Shown here: one piece after another, positions 48,030-58,716 of the stretch
Layout: the number at the start of each line of letters is the position of its first letter
Position numbering within the stretch: position 1 is the stretch's first letter
Assembly (NCBI GenBank): GCA_041651155.1
Contig: JBAZJU010000002.1
Span: 89,852-153,851 of the forward strand
Source of the DNA: Patescibacteria group bacterium
GTDB lineage: Bacteria > Patescibacteriota > Patescibacteriia > CAIXNZ01
DNA length: 64,000 nt
Direction of reading: 5' to 3'
Translations under genes and position numbers: made by a program
The notes under the pieces: generated by a model
The model's database searches: none
What the model was told of the DNA's origin: nothing
The model's input: only the letters and a program-made list of their open reading frames with translations

Positions 48030-50900
48030 TAATTGGGTTATTAATAAATTCGTCTTCGCCAACCGAAATTTAGTTTCGGCCAACGAAGGTTGGTTTATTT
48101 ATTTATTTGGTTGTAAATTTGAGTTAATTATAGCATAATTGATTTTTCTCTCATAAGAAAAGTGGCGACAGTGCCGCCACTTTAATTTGTACCCTTTTTG
48201 TGTTGCCTTGAGGTTTTGCCCATTTAGGACACTTGACAGCCGCTCTCTATATAGGCTCCTCCTTTCTCCAAATGTGCTCTTTGGTCTTAGCAGGGTTTAG
48301 GTCTACCTGCATGGAATCTTGAGATCACTTACTAGCACTATGTGTTTTCTGCATGGAATATAGGGCTTTTCCAAGCGCGCGCTTAGAAGCACTGCTTTCC
48401 CCACTCTTTTTATTATGGATATTTTGGACCGGGGAACCAATCGTATACCTTTAAATAGTTTAGTACTGTTTCTTGGCATTATCTGTCTCCTTTTTGTGAG
48501 ATTACAAAGCCTTATTCTTTAAATTTAATATAACAAAAAGAATATAATTAAACAATATATTTCGGGAAATTAAAAAGCCGGGATGGCTTTTAATTAAGTA
48601 ATAACATTTGTTGAATTTGCCAATCCCGGCGCTGGAGTTTTGTTTTAGGCTGTTACTGCTTTTTTAGGCAGTGTAATCCTAGCCTTTGGATCAGCCCGCT
48701 GCGCTTTCCTTCTCCCCTTGTGAGGCCTGAGTTTTCATTCCGAAAACAATCATAATTTTTACCTTTCATTGCGGGTTGAAAATAGAGCCTGGCGTAACTT
48801 TGACTTAGTAAGAAGGTAATTCGGGACAATAATAAGTGTCCCTGAGGATAGCCAGTGGCCGGAGAAGGCCGTTATAACCGGTTTTCCTCTTTTTTGAATG
48901 CGGTTTGCCTTTTTTCCTGCCGAACTTCTCTTGGTCCTGCCCTTGCTCTTACTTCTGACATGATTGTCCTCCTCGGTTTTGGGGCACTTTGTGCCTTGAC
49001 AATATTATGGGCTACTGCAGCAACCTTTGATTTAATTGTAGCAAAAAATACAGTTTGAGCAAATTAAAATTTGTGGATAAATTTGGCAAATTAAAAAGCC
49101 GGGATGGGCTTTTAATTAAGTATAAACATTTGTTGAATTTGCCAATCCCGGCTCGTGTGACAGGCTTTTGCCTTGTGGCGATGGCTTAGTCTGCCGCTAT
49201 GCTCTTGGGTCTTGCAGCGCACTTTGTGTGCAACGACTGCTTAGTTGTCCTCAACGTTACAATCATATAATGGACTCCTTTTTGATCCGTATTGAAATGT
49301 TTACGGATAAGTCCGCATTTAAATCGCGGGGGATTTTGCCGCTTTTTATATCGCCCTCAAGAGTTTCCTCTAGGGGCTTTATATTACACAGCGTAGTTCC
49401 ACCATGTCCTCCCTTTTCCGGTTCGCCGTTTACAGTGCCGTTTTCTTCGTGGCCACTCGGGCCGGTAAGCTTTTGCTGACTTCCAATTTCGGACCTGCTC
49501 TTGCCATAAGGCACCTCCTGGATTGTTTTTGGACATTGTCTGCCCGGTTCAATAGTCTTTGGTCGTGATGACCTCGTGACGTGAGCTAGCCTCGAAGACG
49601 GCTTAGCCTGCCACTACACTCGTGGTTTCTTTGCAGCGTACTATGTCCTTTCCCGGGGCGTTGTACGCGAAAATCTTAGAAGTGTTCGTTTTTAACGTTA
49701 CAATCATAAGATGATCTCCTGTTTGTTCGTGGTATTGTGAAACGATCTCGGGCACAACATGGCCTTTTTGGCGCTCATGCCCGCAGTTCGGTGGCAGGCA
49801 ATACTGCCATTGAGTGGAATCCCGTTGTCTGTAAATTGGTGACAATCATATCTGGGTCTCCTTTTAGATCCCGATGATTTATTGTCAGAACAAAAGAATG
49901 TCTCCGCATTTGTTACGCCCATGAAGTCCCTACCCCATGGGCCTTAGACATTGAAATTATTTTCCACAATTTGCTCCTTCCTTTGCCTGGTTCGCCGTTT
50001 ACGCTTTTTTGTCCTGCTTGCTTGCGGCCGATTTCTGCGTCGTGGCCTGCGACATTTTTCCAGCGACTACTTTCGGACCTGCTCTTGCCATAAGTCACCT
50101 CCTGGATTGTTTTGGGCAGGGTTTGTCCGTGTCAATGTTTTTGGCCGAAATGACCTCTGTCTTTAATTTACCAAAGAAAAAAAGATCAGGCAAGAAATTT
50201 GTGGATAAATTTGGCAAATTAAAAAGCCGGGATGGGCTTTTAATTAAGTATAAACATTTGTTGAATTTGCCAATCCCGGCTCGTGTGACAGGCTTTTGCC
50301 CTGAAGATGTGTTAGCCTATCGCTATGTTCGCGGTTTCTTTGTCAGCGTGCACGCCGTTTTCCAAGGCGCCGTACGCGGAAAACAGATCGCTTTTGTTGA
50401 ACGTTACAATCATAAGGGCCTCCTTTTTTGACCCAGATTGAGATGTTCGTGGATAAGCCCGCCTTTAAATCGCGGGGATTTTGCCGCTTTTTATATCGCC
50501 CTCAAGAGTTTCCTCTAGGGGCTTTATATTACACAGCGCAGTTCCACTATGTCCTCCCTTTTCTGGTTCGCCGTTTACAGTGCCGTTTTCTTCGTGGCCG
50601 CTCGGGCCGGTAAGCTTTTGCTGACTTCCAATTTCGGACCTGCTCTTGCTCTCTTTTTCGACATACTTACCTCCTCTGTTCGGGTTTACGGGCAACTTTC
50701 GTGCCAGGGAATATATTATGGTCACCCGCGGCAACCTCTGCTTTAAATTTAACAAAGAAAAATATTATTGGCAAGGAATTTGTGGATAAATGTTTTCAGA
50801 TTGCGGATTACGATTACAGATTTCAGATTAAATCCAGATTTTTAAGAGAACTAAAAAGAGACAGTCAAGCTGTCCCTTTTTATAATCATTAGGTTGTTTA
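48030..50900 (-). repeat. Protein-poor repeat block: imperfect tandem units with long terminator-like hairpins and RBS-preceded micro-ORFs (minus strand)
   Basis: Terminator-like hairpins aaaaagccgggatgg..caatcccggc followed by T-run (on minus strand) at 48572-48630, 49094-49152 and 50221-50280. Unit repeats: tttgtggataaatttggcaaatt at 49069 and 50198 (1127-bp period); blocks 49411-49530, 49975-50110 and 50550-50660 are homologous. Each unit carries AGGAGGTG then (GTG/ATG) small ORFs. Confidence 0.6.
50855..50880 (-). terminator. Intrinsic terminator downstream of rpsA
   Basis: Minus strand GGGACAG cuuga CUGUCUC UUUUU. Confidence 0.55.
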
Positions 50901-50902
50901 AT

Positions 50903-52168
50903 CTATTTTTTTGCTTTAACTTTTTTTTCTTTAACAGCTTTGGCTTTCTTTTCCTTAGTTTCTGGCTTTGCCTCTTTTTTTTCTGCCTTATCTTCTTTTT
51001 CTTTTGCTTTTGGTTCTTTAACTTCGGGAGTTTCAGTCTCGGCTGTTTGCTTTTTGACCTCTTTGAGAGCTTTAAGGCTTAAGCCTAAGCGGTGATCTTT
51101 TGGTTCAATAGAAATTATTCTGAATTTTATAGTATCTCCTGCTTTGGCAATTTCATTTAAATCAGTAATAGGTTTATCAGAAAGTTCAGAAATATGAGCC
51201 AAACCGTGAATGTCTGGATCTAATTCTACAAATAAGCCAAACGGGTTAGCCTTTAAAACTTTGCCCTCAACCAAATCATTGACTTTATACTTATCATAAA
51301 CATGAACCCAGGGATCTTCTTTTAGTTTTTTCATTGACAGAAATATCTTTGTGCCTTCAATATTAATTATTTCCGCTTCTACGACATCTCCAACCTTGAT
51401 AAAGTCGCGCGGGTCATCAATTCTTTGCCAGGCAAGTTCAGAAATATGAACCAGGCCTTCCATTTTGTTGTCAAATTCCACAAAGACGCCAAAATCTGTG
51501 ACTGCAGTGACCTTCCCTTTGATTCTATCGCCAACTTTATATTTGGAAACAACCTTTTCTTGTGATTCTTCCCAGGCTGCTTTTTCAGATACAATCAGCT
51601 TTTCCTCTTTTTCATCAACATCAAGCACTTTAACCTGCAAAGGCTGATTAATAAATTTTCTTAAGAATTCTAAAATTTTATTTTTGTCTCCGCCTTCAAC
51701 GCGTGGATAATGTTCGGGTATTAATTGGGAAACAGGCAAAAAGCCGGCAATATGGCCGATTTTAGTCATCAGGCCGCCTTTGTTTGCATCACTAATTTTA
51801 ACCGTCAGAACTTCGCCTGATTTCATCAGATCTTTTAAACTGTCCCAGGCTCTTTGCTGGCCGGCATAACGAAAAGAAAGTTCCATTTCGCCATTTTCAT
51901 TTTCCATGTCTATGACAGTTGCTTCAACGCTATCTCCGATTTTAAGATGGCCGAATTCCTCTGATTCATTATAAAGTTCGCGTCCGCGCACAATACCGGT
52001 TTTAATGCCGTCAATATCAAGGCGCACCTCGGCTTTGGAAGCAGAGATTACCTTGCCTTTAATGACTTCGCTGATTTTTGGTAATTTTAAATATGGTGAA
52101 TCGCCACTCAGTAATTTGGCGAATTCGGAATTTGTGTTTTCTGGTTTTTTAGGATCTTTTTTTGACAT
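50903..52168 (-). CDS. rpsA: 30S ribosomal protein S1 (four S1 domains) with Lys-rich C-terminal tail
   Basis: Repeated S1 OB-fold motifs (GxV.G.V..I...GhFV.l); 421 aa; C-terminal KEKEDKAEKKEAKPETKEKKAK tail. Confidence 0.8.
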   Translation of the reverse strand: MSKKDPKKPENTNSEFAKLLSGDSPYLKLPKISEVIKGKVISASKAEVRLDIDGIKTGIVRGRELYNESEEFGHLKIGDSVEATVIDMENENGEMELSFRYAGQQRAWDSLKDLMKSGEVLTVKISDANKGGLMTKIGHIAGFLPVSQLIPEHYPRVEGGDKNKILEFLRKFINQPLQVKVLDVDEKEEKLIVSEKAAWEESQEKVVSKYKVGDRIKGKVTAVTDFGVFVEFDNKMEGLVHISELAWQRIDDPRDFIKVGDVVEAEIINIEGTKIFLSMKKLKEDPWVHVYDKYKVNDLVEGKVLKANPFGLFVELDPDIHGLAHISELSDKPITDLNEIAKAGDTIKFRIISIEPKDHRLGLSLKALKEVKKQTAETETPEVKEPKAKEKEDKAEKKEAKPETKEKKAKAVKEKKVKAKK

Positions 52169-52447
52169 AGGATTATATGGAAATAGGTAATATGTAATAG
52201 GTAATAAGGATTGGGATTATATTTTTATAAAATTATCCTTTCCGTATTACGTATTACTTATTTCAGTTTCTATTTTTAAATAAAACAATCTCCCTTAAAT
52301 TGAGAGACTTTATTTAAGGTTAACCTGCGCAAAGCTTTTAAAATTGCCTTGACAAGTCCCATCCTTTTGAAATGTTTAGGAGGGGTGAATTAGCAAATTT
52401 TATAGATCTAACTTATATTTAGAGTTTAGCTTAAAATAAAAAATAAG

Positions 52448-53491
52448 TCAAGGCTTGAATTCCTGGAGCAGGTTGGTCAGGAGTTTTTTATTTTCCATGC
52501 TAAGATTTGAATTTGTTAATTGGTTGCGGAGAAATGAAATTATCGGGTCTTTAAGGACTGGGGGTAATTGTTGATTAAGCAGTTTTTGCAAACCGAGTAA
52601 TATTTCTTTGATTTTTTGCTGGTCACTGGTTTCCAATGCCTGGGCAAAATCCTTTTTATAAATATCCAGCTTATTTTTTATTTCTTGCGCCTGCGAAGGG
52701 TATAAGCCTGCTTCTTTTATTTGTTTATTTTCATTAATCTTGGCAATGATTAACAAAAGAAAAAAGATAATAGCAATAATAATAATTTTCTTTTTGTGTT
52801 TTTGCCAGAAGGTCTTTCGGAGCTGTTTTGGCAACAATGAAATAGGCTCTTTCTCTCCCAAATTTTTTTCTATTGGCGTCTGGTTCTCAACAGGGATATT
52901 TATTTCTTCTTTTGATAAATTGGCATGAGCCTCGGCCATCTGCTGGCGTTTTAATTTAGCGCGGATCAAATTGGTTTGTTCAGTCACAACTTTATAAGCT
53001 TTAATTTCTTCCGGGATGCCCTTTAATTTGCGGTAGCCGACTTCAGCAGTCGGAATTTCATTTTTATTCATAGTCAGATAAACAGCTTCTGTAAAATAAA
53101 CTTCATTTGGTTCGGCAATGGCTTCAATGCGTGAAGCAATATTGACTGGCTCGCCGAAAACATCTCCGTCCTTAAGATTGACTTCTCCGGAATTAATGGC
53201 AATTCTGACTTCTATCTGGTCGCTGGAAGTTGCGCGGGCATTATGGTTTAAAATGTTTTCCTGAATTTTCATGCCGCAAAGGACAGCGTCAGTCGGGCTT
53301 TCAAAAGTCACCAAAAAAGCATCACCAATAGTTTTGACTATAGTACCGTCAAATTGCTTGATTGCCGGCTTAATCAATTCGTCCTGCAATTCTAAAAGAT
53401 GATGCAATTGCTGGCGCGATTGGGTGGATGCGCGGGCGGTAAAGCCCTTCATATCCGTGAACATGATGGATAAATGTTTGGTTGAGAGCAT
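52448..53491 (-). CDS. Class III adenylate/guanylate cyclase domain protein with TM segment and C-terminal helical domain
   Basis: MFTDMKGFTARAS...TIGDAFLVTF...IAINSGEV...FGEPVNIASRIE is the CYCc catalytic core; a TM helix follows (IIIIAIIFFLLLIIA). Confidence 0.6.
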   Translation of the reverse strand: MLSTKHLSIMFTDMKGFTARASTQSRQQLHHLLELQDELIKPAIKQFDGTIVKTIGDAFLVTFESPTDAVLCGMKIQENILNHNARATSSDQIEVRIAINSGEVNLKDGDVFGEPVNIASRIEAIAEPNEVYFTEAVYLTMNKNEIPTAEVGYRKLKGIPEEIKAYKVVTEQTNLIRAKLKRQQMAEAHANLSKEEINIPVENQTPIEKNLGEKEPISLLPKQLRKTFWQKHKKKIIIIAIIFFLLLIIAKINENKQIKEAGLYPSQAQEIKNKLDIYKKDFAQALETSDQQKIKEILLGLQKLLNQQLPPVLKDPIISFLRNQLTNSNLSMENKKLLTNLLQEFKP

Positions 53492-53667
53492 ATTTTTCAG
53501 GAGTATATTTTAGTCCCCGTGCTATTAATATACTGTAAAATTTGGAAAATTAAAAGAGGTAAGCACCCCTTTTTTTATTTTCAACTTTATGATAAAATTA
53601 AATTAAATTGATTATCTTTCCGCCAAAGGCGGAAATTCTTAATTTACTTAATTAGCTTAATTTAATT

Positions 53668-54306
53668 ATGACTATTTTTTGGTTAGGCCAGGCAGCTTTC
53701 AAAATCGTGGATAAGGAAGTGACTGTGGCGATTGATCCTTATGATAAAATTGGCCTAAAAATGCCGAAATTTCAGGCTGAAATACTGCTTATTACTCACG
53801 ATCATTCTGACCATAATTATCTTGACGCCATTAAAGGCGAGCCTTTTGTAATTGACAGCCAGGGCGAATATGAAGTAAAAAATGTTTTTGTCTATGGCTT
53901 GCCAGCTTACCATGACAATAAACAGGGGGCAGAAAGCGGGCAGATAACTGTTTATGTTATTGAAATGGAAGGCATGAAGATTGCCCATTTGGGCGATATT
54001 GGGCAAGACAGCTTGACTGATGAGCAATTAGAAGAATTGGAAGGTGTTGACATTTTGTTAATTCCGGTTGGTGGTGAAGAAACTATTAATGCTACAGGCG
54101 CTGTCAAAATAATCAGCCAGATTCAACCGCGCATTGTCATCCCTATGCATTATAAAATTCCGGGAGTAAATATAAAGCTGGATCCGCTTGATAAATTCTT
54201 GAAAGAATTTGGGGTTGCTAGCCCTGAGAAAATGGATAAGTTGAAGATTAATAAAAAAGATCTGCCACAGGAAGAAACCAAGGTAATTGTTTTAGAAAAG
54301 AGCTAA
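53668..54306 (+). CDS. MBL-fold metallo-hydrolase
   Basis: LITHDHSDH motif; 212 aa. Confidence 0.55.
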   Translation: MTIFWLGQAAFKIVDKEVTVAIDPYDKIGLKMPKFQAEILLITHDHSDHNYLDAIKGEPFVIDSQGEYEVKNVFVYGLPAYHDNKQGAESGQITVYVIEMEGMKIAHLGDIGQDSLTDEQLEELEGVDILLIPVGGEETINATGAVKIISQIQPRIVIPMHYKIPGVNIKLDPLDKFLKEFGVASPEKMDKLKINKKDLPQEETKVIVLEKS

Positions 54307-54393
54307 TAAGAATGATAAGCCACAGATTAATAATCACTGACTGCACTGATACAATCAGGGTAATCTGTGAATAAAATTAGTGTTTAAAAAACT

Positions 54394-55128
54394 ATGGCGA
54401 GAAAAAAGGCAAAACAAAAAACCAAGAAAAAGTTAGTTAAAAAAATAGGGCGGAAAAAAGTTCGTTCTAATTTAGGCACCAGGATAAAAGTAAAAGAAGA
54501 AAAAGAAGCTGCAGTTGAAACAATTGTGGGCGCAAGTTTATCGCCATTTGAAGCGACAAAAGATGAATCGTTTGAATTTGAGAGTAATGATTTTGAGGAC
54601 AAAACTGAACGTCAAAGTTTTAACGCTTATGATAATCCTATCTTGATTCAAGAAGCGGATCCAAATGAGGAAATAAATAATGAGATTTCGCAGGCAGATG
54701 AAGCAATGGCTCCACAGGAGCAAATTAACCCCGCTGATTCCAAGAACCCAGAACCCTGGCAAAATTTAACTCCCAGACAAAAAAATTTGATAATGTATAT
54801 TTCCCTGACTTGTGTCATGGTTATAATAGTAGGTTTTTGGTTTGTGGGCCTGAAAGCAAGCTTTGGCCAGAATTTAAAAGGCCTCAATTTCAATATCAAT
54901 GAAGTCCAGGGAGTGAAACAGGGCTTAAATTCAGCCAACCAGCAGATCTCGGAGATAAAAACCCAGCTTGATAATCAGGCGAGTTCAATTACCGATATTA
55001 AAAATAAGGCCGAGGAATTAATTATTGAAGAGCAGATAAAAAATGATGTTGCCCAAAAATTAAAAGATAAATTGCAAAATCAGAATATAAATTCCGAGGC
55101 AGAATTAAATGCTAACACCGCAGAATAA
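54394..55128 (+). CDS. Hypothetical protein: Lys-rich N-terminus, single TM, Gln/Asn-rich coiled-coil C-terminus
   Basis: ORF with ATG; compositional features only. Confidence 0.35.
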   Translation: MARKKAKQKTKKKLVKKIGRKKVRSNLGTRIKVKEEKEAAVETIVGASLSPFEATKDESFEFESNDFEDKTERQSFNAYDNPILIQEADPNEEINNEISQADEAMAPQEQINPADSKNPEPWQNLTPRQKNLIMYISLTCVMVIIVGFWFVGLKASFGQNLKGLNFNINEVQGVKQGLNSANQQISEIKTQLDNQASSITDIKNKAEELIIEEQIKNDVAQKLKDKLQNQNINSEAELNANTAE

Positions 55129-55136
55129 AATATTTT

Positions 55137-57728
55137 ATGTCAGCGAAGAAAGTTAATAAAAAATTAAAGAAAATCACAAAACCAAAAGCCCCGAAAGAGG
55201 CTAAGGTTTTAAAATCCAGCCAAGCCGAGCTTGAAATTAAACCAAAAGACGAGGATGTTAAGCAGGATACGACAGCCATGGTTGTGACAAATTTAGGGAA
55301 ATTAGAAGAAAGATCCTTGGTTGATGAAATGCAGGAGTCATATTTGGATTATGCCATGTCTGTGATTGTGGCCCGCGCTTTGCCAGATGTACGTGATGGC
55401 TTAAAGCCAGTTCACCGCAGGATTTTATATGCCATGTGGGATATTGGCTTGAAATCCAGTGCCAAATTTAGAAAATCTGCCACGATCGTCGGTGAAGTTT
55501 TGGGCAAATACCATCCGCATGGCGATGTGGCTGTTTATGATTCCATGGTTAGAATGGCTCAGGATTTTTCTTTGCGCTATCCTTTGGTTTGGGGCCAGGG
55601 CAATTTTGGTTCCATGGATGGCGATCGTGCGGCTGCCTATCGTTATACTGAAGCCAAATTAAAAGCAATCGCTGAGGAAATGTTAATGGATATTGATAAG
55701 GATACTGTTAATTTCATTCCTAATTATGATGGTTCGCATAATGAACCATTGGTTTTGCCGGCTAAATTGCCAAATCTTTTATTAAACGGCACCATGGGCA
55801 TTGCCGTGGGTATGGCAACTAATATTCCACCCCATAATTTGACCGAACTATGCGACGGGATTACTCATCTAATTGATAATCCCAAAGCCACGGTTGAGGA
55901 CTTAATGAAATTCATTAAAGGTCCTGATTTCCCGACTGGCGGCATTATATATGATATTAAAGAAATCCAAAGAGCATATGCCACAGGCAAAGGCGCGATT
56001 GTGATGAGAGCCAAAGCTGAAATAGTGGAAGCACAAGGCAAATTTAAAATTATTGTGACAGAAATTCCTTATCAGGTTAATAAGGCGACTTTAGTGGAAA
56101 AAATTGCCACCTTGGTTCAGGAAAAGAAAATCAAAGACATTAAGGATTTGCGCGATGAATCAAATAAAGACGGGGTGCGCATCGTGATTGAACTGAAAAA
56201 AGAATCATATCCAAAAAAGATTTTAAATCAGCTTTATAAACTAACCCAGTTGCAGGAAACTTTCCATGTTAATGCCCTGGCTTTGATTGATGGCTTACAG
56301 CCCAGAGTTTTGACTTTAAAAATGATTTTAGAAGAATATGTCAAACACCGCGAAATTGTGATCAGGCGCAGGACTGAATTTGATTTGAACAAAGCCAAAG
56401 AAAGAGCCCATATTTTGGAGGGCTTAGTTAAGGCGCTAAAAGATATTGATCGGGTAATTGAAACAATCAAGAAGTCAAAAGATAAAGATGAAGCCAAAAA
56501 TAATTTAATGAAAAAATTTAAGTTTACAGAAATTCAGGCTATTGCCATTTTGGAAATGCGCTTACAACAATTGGCTAATCTGGAAAGGCAGAGATTAATT
56601 GATGAATTAAAAGAGAAGAGGAAATTGATTGAAGAGCTGGAATCAATTTTGAAATCAAGAACAAAAATTTTAAACATCATTAAAAAAGATTTAATTGAGA
56701 TTAAAGATAAATACGGAGATGACAGAAGAACAGACATAGTTAAATCTCCAGTCGGTGAATTTTCAGTTAAAGATTTAATACCAAATGAACCGACAATGGT
56801 GATGGTTACTCAAGACGGCTATATTAAACGCTTGCCGACAGATACTTTTAAAACCCAATCGCGCGGCGGCAAGGGAGTAATTGGCTTGACCACGAAAGAA
56901 GAAGATATTGTGGAACATTTTTTTGCGACAACTACTCATTCAGATTTATTATTCTTTACCACGAGCGGCCGAGTTTTCCAGCTCAAAGCTTATGAAGTGC
57001 CGCAAACAACCAGAACTTCAAAAGGCCAGGCTTTGGTAAACTTTTTACAGCTGGCGCCGCATGAAAAAGTCACTTCAGTTTTAGATCTGGCCGATTTGAG
57101 CGGTTATAAATATTTAGTTTTGGTCACGAAAAAAGGCTTGATTAAAAAAGTTGATATTCAGGAAATAACTAAAGTCAGAAAAAGCGGCTTGATTGCCATT
57201 AAATTAAAATCAGGCGGCGATATTTTGCTCTGGGCTAAACCAGCGACAGGTGATGATGAAATTATTTTAGTCACTTCTGGCGGCATGTCAGTCAGGTTTA
57301 AGGAAAAAGGCATAAGAGCTATGGGGCGGGCAGCTTCTGGTGTCAGAGGCATTAGATTAAAAGGTGATGATGTGGTTGTGCGCATGGATATCAGTGAAAA
57401 AGCTGTTAAAGATGAAAATTTGGATTTACTGGTTGTCATGGAAAATGGTTTTGGCAAACGAACCAGTATAAAAGAATATAGGTTGCAGGGCCGTGGCGGT
57501 ACTGGCATTAAGGCTGCTAAAATAACTTCCAAGACAGGTAAGATTGTTGGCGCGCGTTTGATTAATAATAAAGATTTGGATCGCGACATGATTATAATTT
57601 CAGAAAAAGGCCAGGTCATTCGTCTGCCTTTGAAATCTGTCAGCCATTTAGGCCGCGCTACTCAGGGTGTTAGATTAATGAGATTTAAGGAGGTGAAGGA
57701 TAAGGTGGCAAGTATTACGCTAATTTGA
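55137..57728 (+). CDS. gyrA: DNA gyrase subunit A
   Basis: [44 protein letters not shown] (active-site Tyr region), GyrA-box QSRGGKG, C-terminal beta-pinwheel repeats. Confidence 0.9.
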   Translation: MSAKKVNKKLKKITKPKAPKEAKVLKSSQAELEIKPKDEDVKQDTTAMVVTNLGKLEERSLVDEMQESYLDYAMSVIVARALPDVRDGLKPVHRRILYAMWDIGLKSSAKFRKSATIVGEVLGKYHPHGDVAVYDSMVRMAQDFSLRYPLVWGQGNFGSMDGDRAAAYRYTEAKLKAIAEEMLMDIDKDTVNFIPNYDGSHNEPLVLPAKLPNLLLNGTMGIAVGMATNIPPHNLTELCDGITHLIDNPKATVEDLMKFIKGPDFPTGGIIYDIKEIQRAYATGKGAIVMRAKAEIVEAQGKFKIIVTEIPYQVNKATLVEKIATLVQEKKIKDIKDLRDESNKDGVRIVIELKKESYPKKILNQLYKLTQLQETFHVNALALIDGLQPRVLTLKMILEEYVKHREIVIRRRTEFDLNKAKERAHILEGLVKALKDIDRVIETIKKSKDKDEAKNNLMKKFKFTEIQAIAILEMRLQQLANLERQRLIDELKEKRKLIEELESILKSRTKILNIIKKDLIEIKDKYGDDRRTDIVKSPVGEFSVKDLIPNEPTMVMVTQDGYIKRLPTDTFKTQSRGGKGVIGLTTKEEDIVEHFFATTTHSDLLFFTTSGRVFQLKAYEVPQTTRTSKGQALVNFLQLAPHEKVTSVLDLADLSGYKYLVLVTKKGLIKKVDIQEITKVRKSGLIAIKLKSGGDILLWAKPATGDDEIILVTSGGMSVRFKEKGIRAMGRAASGVRGIRLKGDDVVVRMDISEKAVKDENLDLLVVMENGFGKRTSIKEYRLQGRGGTGIKAAKITSKTGKIVGARLINNKDLDRDMIIISEKGQVIRLPLKSVSHLGRATQGVRLMRFKEVKDKVASITLI

Positions 57729-57866
57729 TGGCTTAACCACCCGCCTTCGTTAAAACTTCGGCAGGCAGGCAGATTAATATTCACTGATAACACTGATTGA
57801 AATAAAAAAATCCCGTACGATGTGCGGGATTTTTGGTTCTCTATATGTTTAAAATTATTTTGTCTT

Positions 57867-58166
57867 TTAATCTACACGTGGGGGACGGCTGTTGGCCAAA
57901 AATTGGTTAATCATGATGCTCCCTTTCGATGGCCGTGATGGCCTTTTTATTACTTTGCCTTTTACCTTTAGCGCGCCAACCCGAAAGCCCTCTTTTAATA
58001 GATGGCTACGAATCCTGCTTAATTCAGCCAAGGAGCCGGAAATTGTGGAGCAAATTTTATCTTTTCTGCGTCTGCGTTTGATTTGTTCCCAATTTTTAAA
58101 ACAACCGAGGTGATTATACATTATGCTATTAGTCATCTCTCCAGCTATAAGATTTAGTTCTGCCAT
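57867..58166 (-). CDS. Hypothetical small protein (99 aa), paralog of 58178..58393
   Basis: AAGGAGGTAAAA RBS; shares the ..SG(S/T)L..(I/L)..HL(L/K)(K/R)EG motif with the neighbouring gene. Confidence 0.35.
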   Translation of the reverse strand: MAELNLIAGEMTNSIMYNHLGCFKNWEQIKRRRRKDKICSTISGSLAELSRIRSHLLKEGFRVGALKVKGKVIKRPSRPSKGSIMINQFLANSRPPRVD

Positions 58167-58177
58167 TTTTACCTCCT

Positions 58178-58393
58178 TTAGTTCTCTATGAGTTCGCCGG
58201 TTGGCAATCCTTCTCTTTTCAAATGCTGTTGGACTGCCTCTATGTCTGGTAATGTCCCAGAAACAGTAAAGCAGGCTTTATCTTCTTTAAACTCTACCTT
58301 GCTAACAGAAAGACATTCTTTATAGAAGCTTCGAAGAGGATTGATGATCATATGGAAGGTTGCACGATAAACATCAAATTTCAGTTTTGCCAT
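58178..58393 (-). CDS. Hypothetical small protein (71 aa), paralog of 57867..58166
   Basis: AAGGAGGACAAA RBS; tandem with its paralog. Confidence 0.35.
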   Translation of the reverse strand: MAKLKFDVYRATFHMIINPLRSFYKECLSVSKVEFKEDKACFTVSGTLPDIEAVQQHLKREGLPTGELIEN

Positions 58394-58716
58394 TTTGTCC
58401 TCCTTTTAGGATATTTCACCAGTCAACAAATTAGCCTGGAGCAGTTTGGGAATTGGTCTTGTTTCTTCTTTATTAAATTTTAAAGTACTCATTTTCTCCT
58501 CCTTTCCAGTTAAAAATAACTTAACAATTTAAAGTAGCATTGTCAACACTTGCCAAAAATTGAAATTTAGTGTAAGATGGGATATAATTGTAGGGAAATC
58601 TACAATTTTAATTATTAATTGATAACCGAACCACGGATTTTTGTTCACTGATAACACTGATTTATATCCGTGTAAATCTGTGATTATTAATCTGTGTTTC
58701 AGTCTTCCCAAGTTCT

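Noticed and set aside
48030-50900. CRISPR array
   Set aside because: Repeats are long (60-130 bp), imperfect and irregularly spaced with homologous rather than unique spacers. There is no short fixed-length direct repeat and no cas genes.
48030-50900. rRNA, tmRNA, RNase P or SRP RNA hiding in the gene desert
   Set aside because: No recognisable universal rRNA blocks, tmRNA tag ORF or resume signature, or RNase P P4 motifs. The region is instead an array of homologous units with SD-preceded ORFs.
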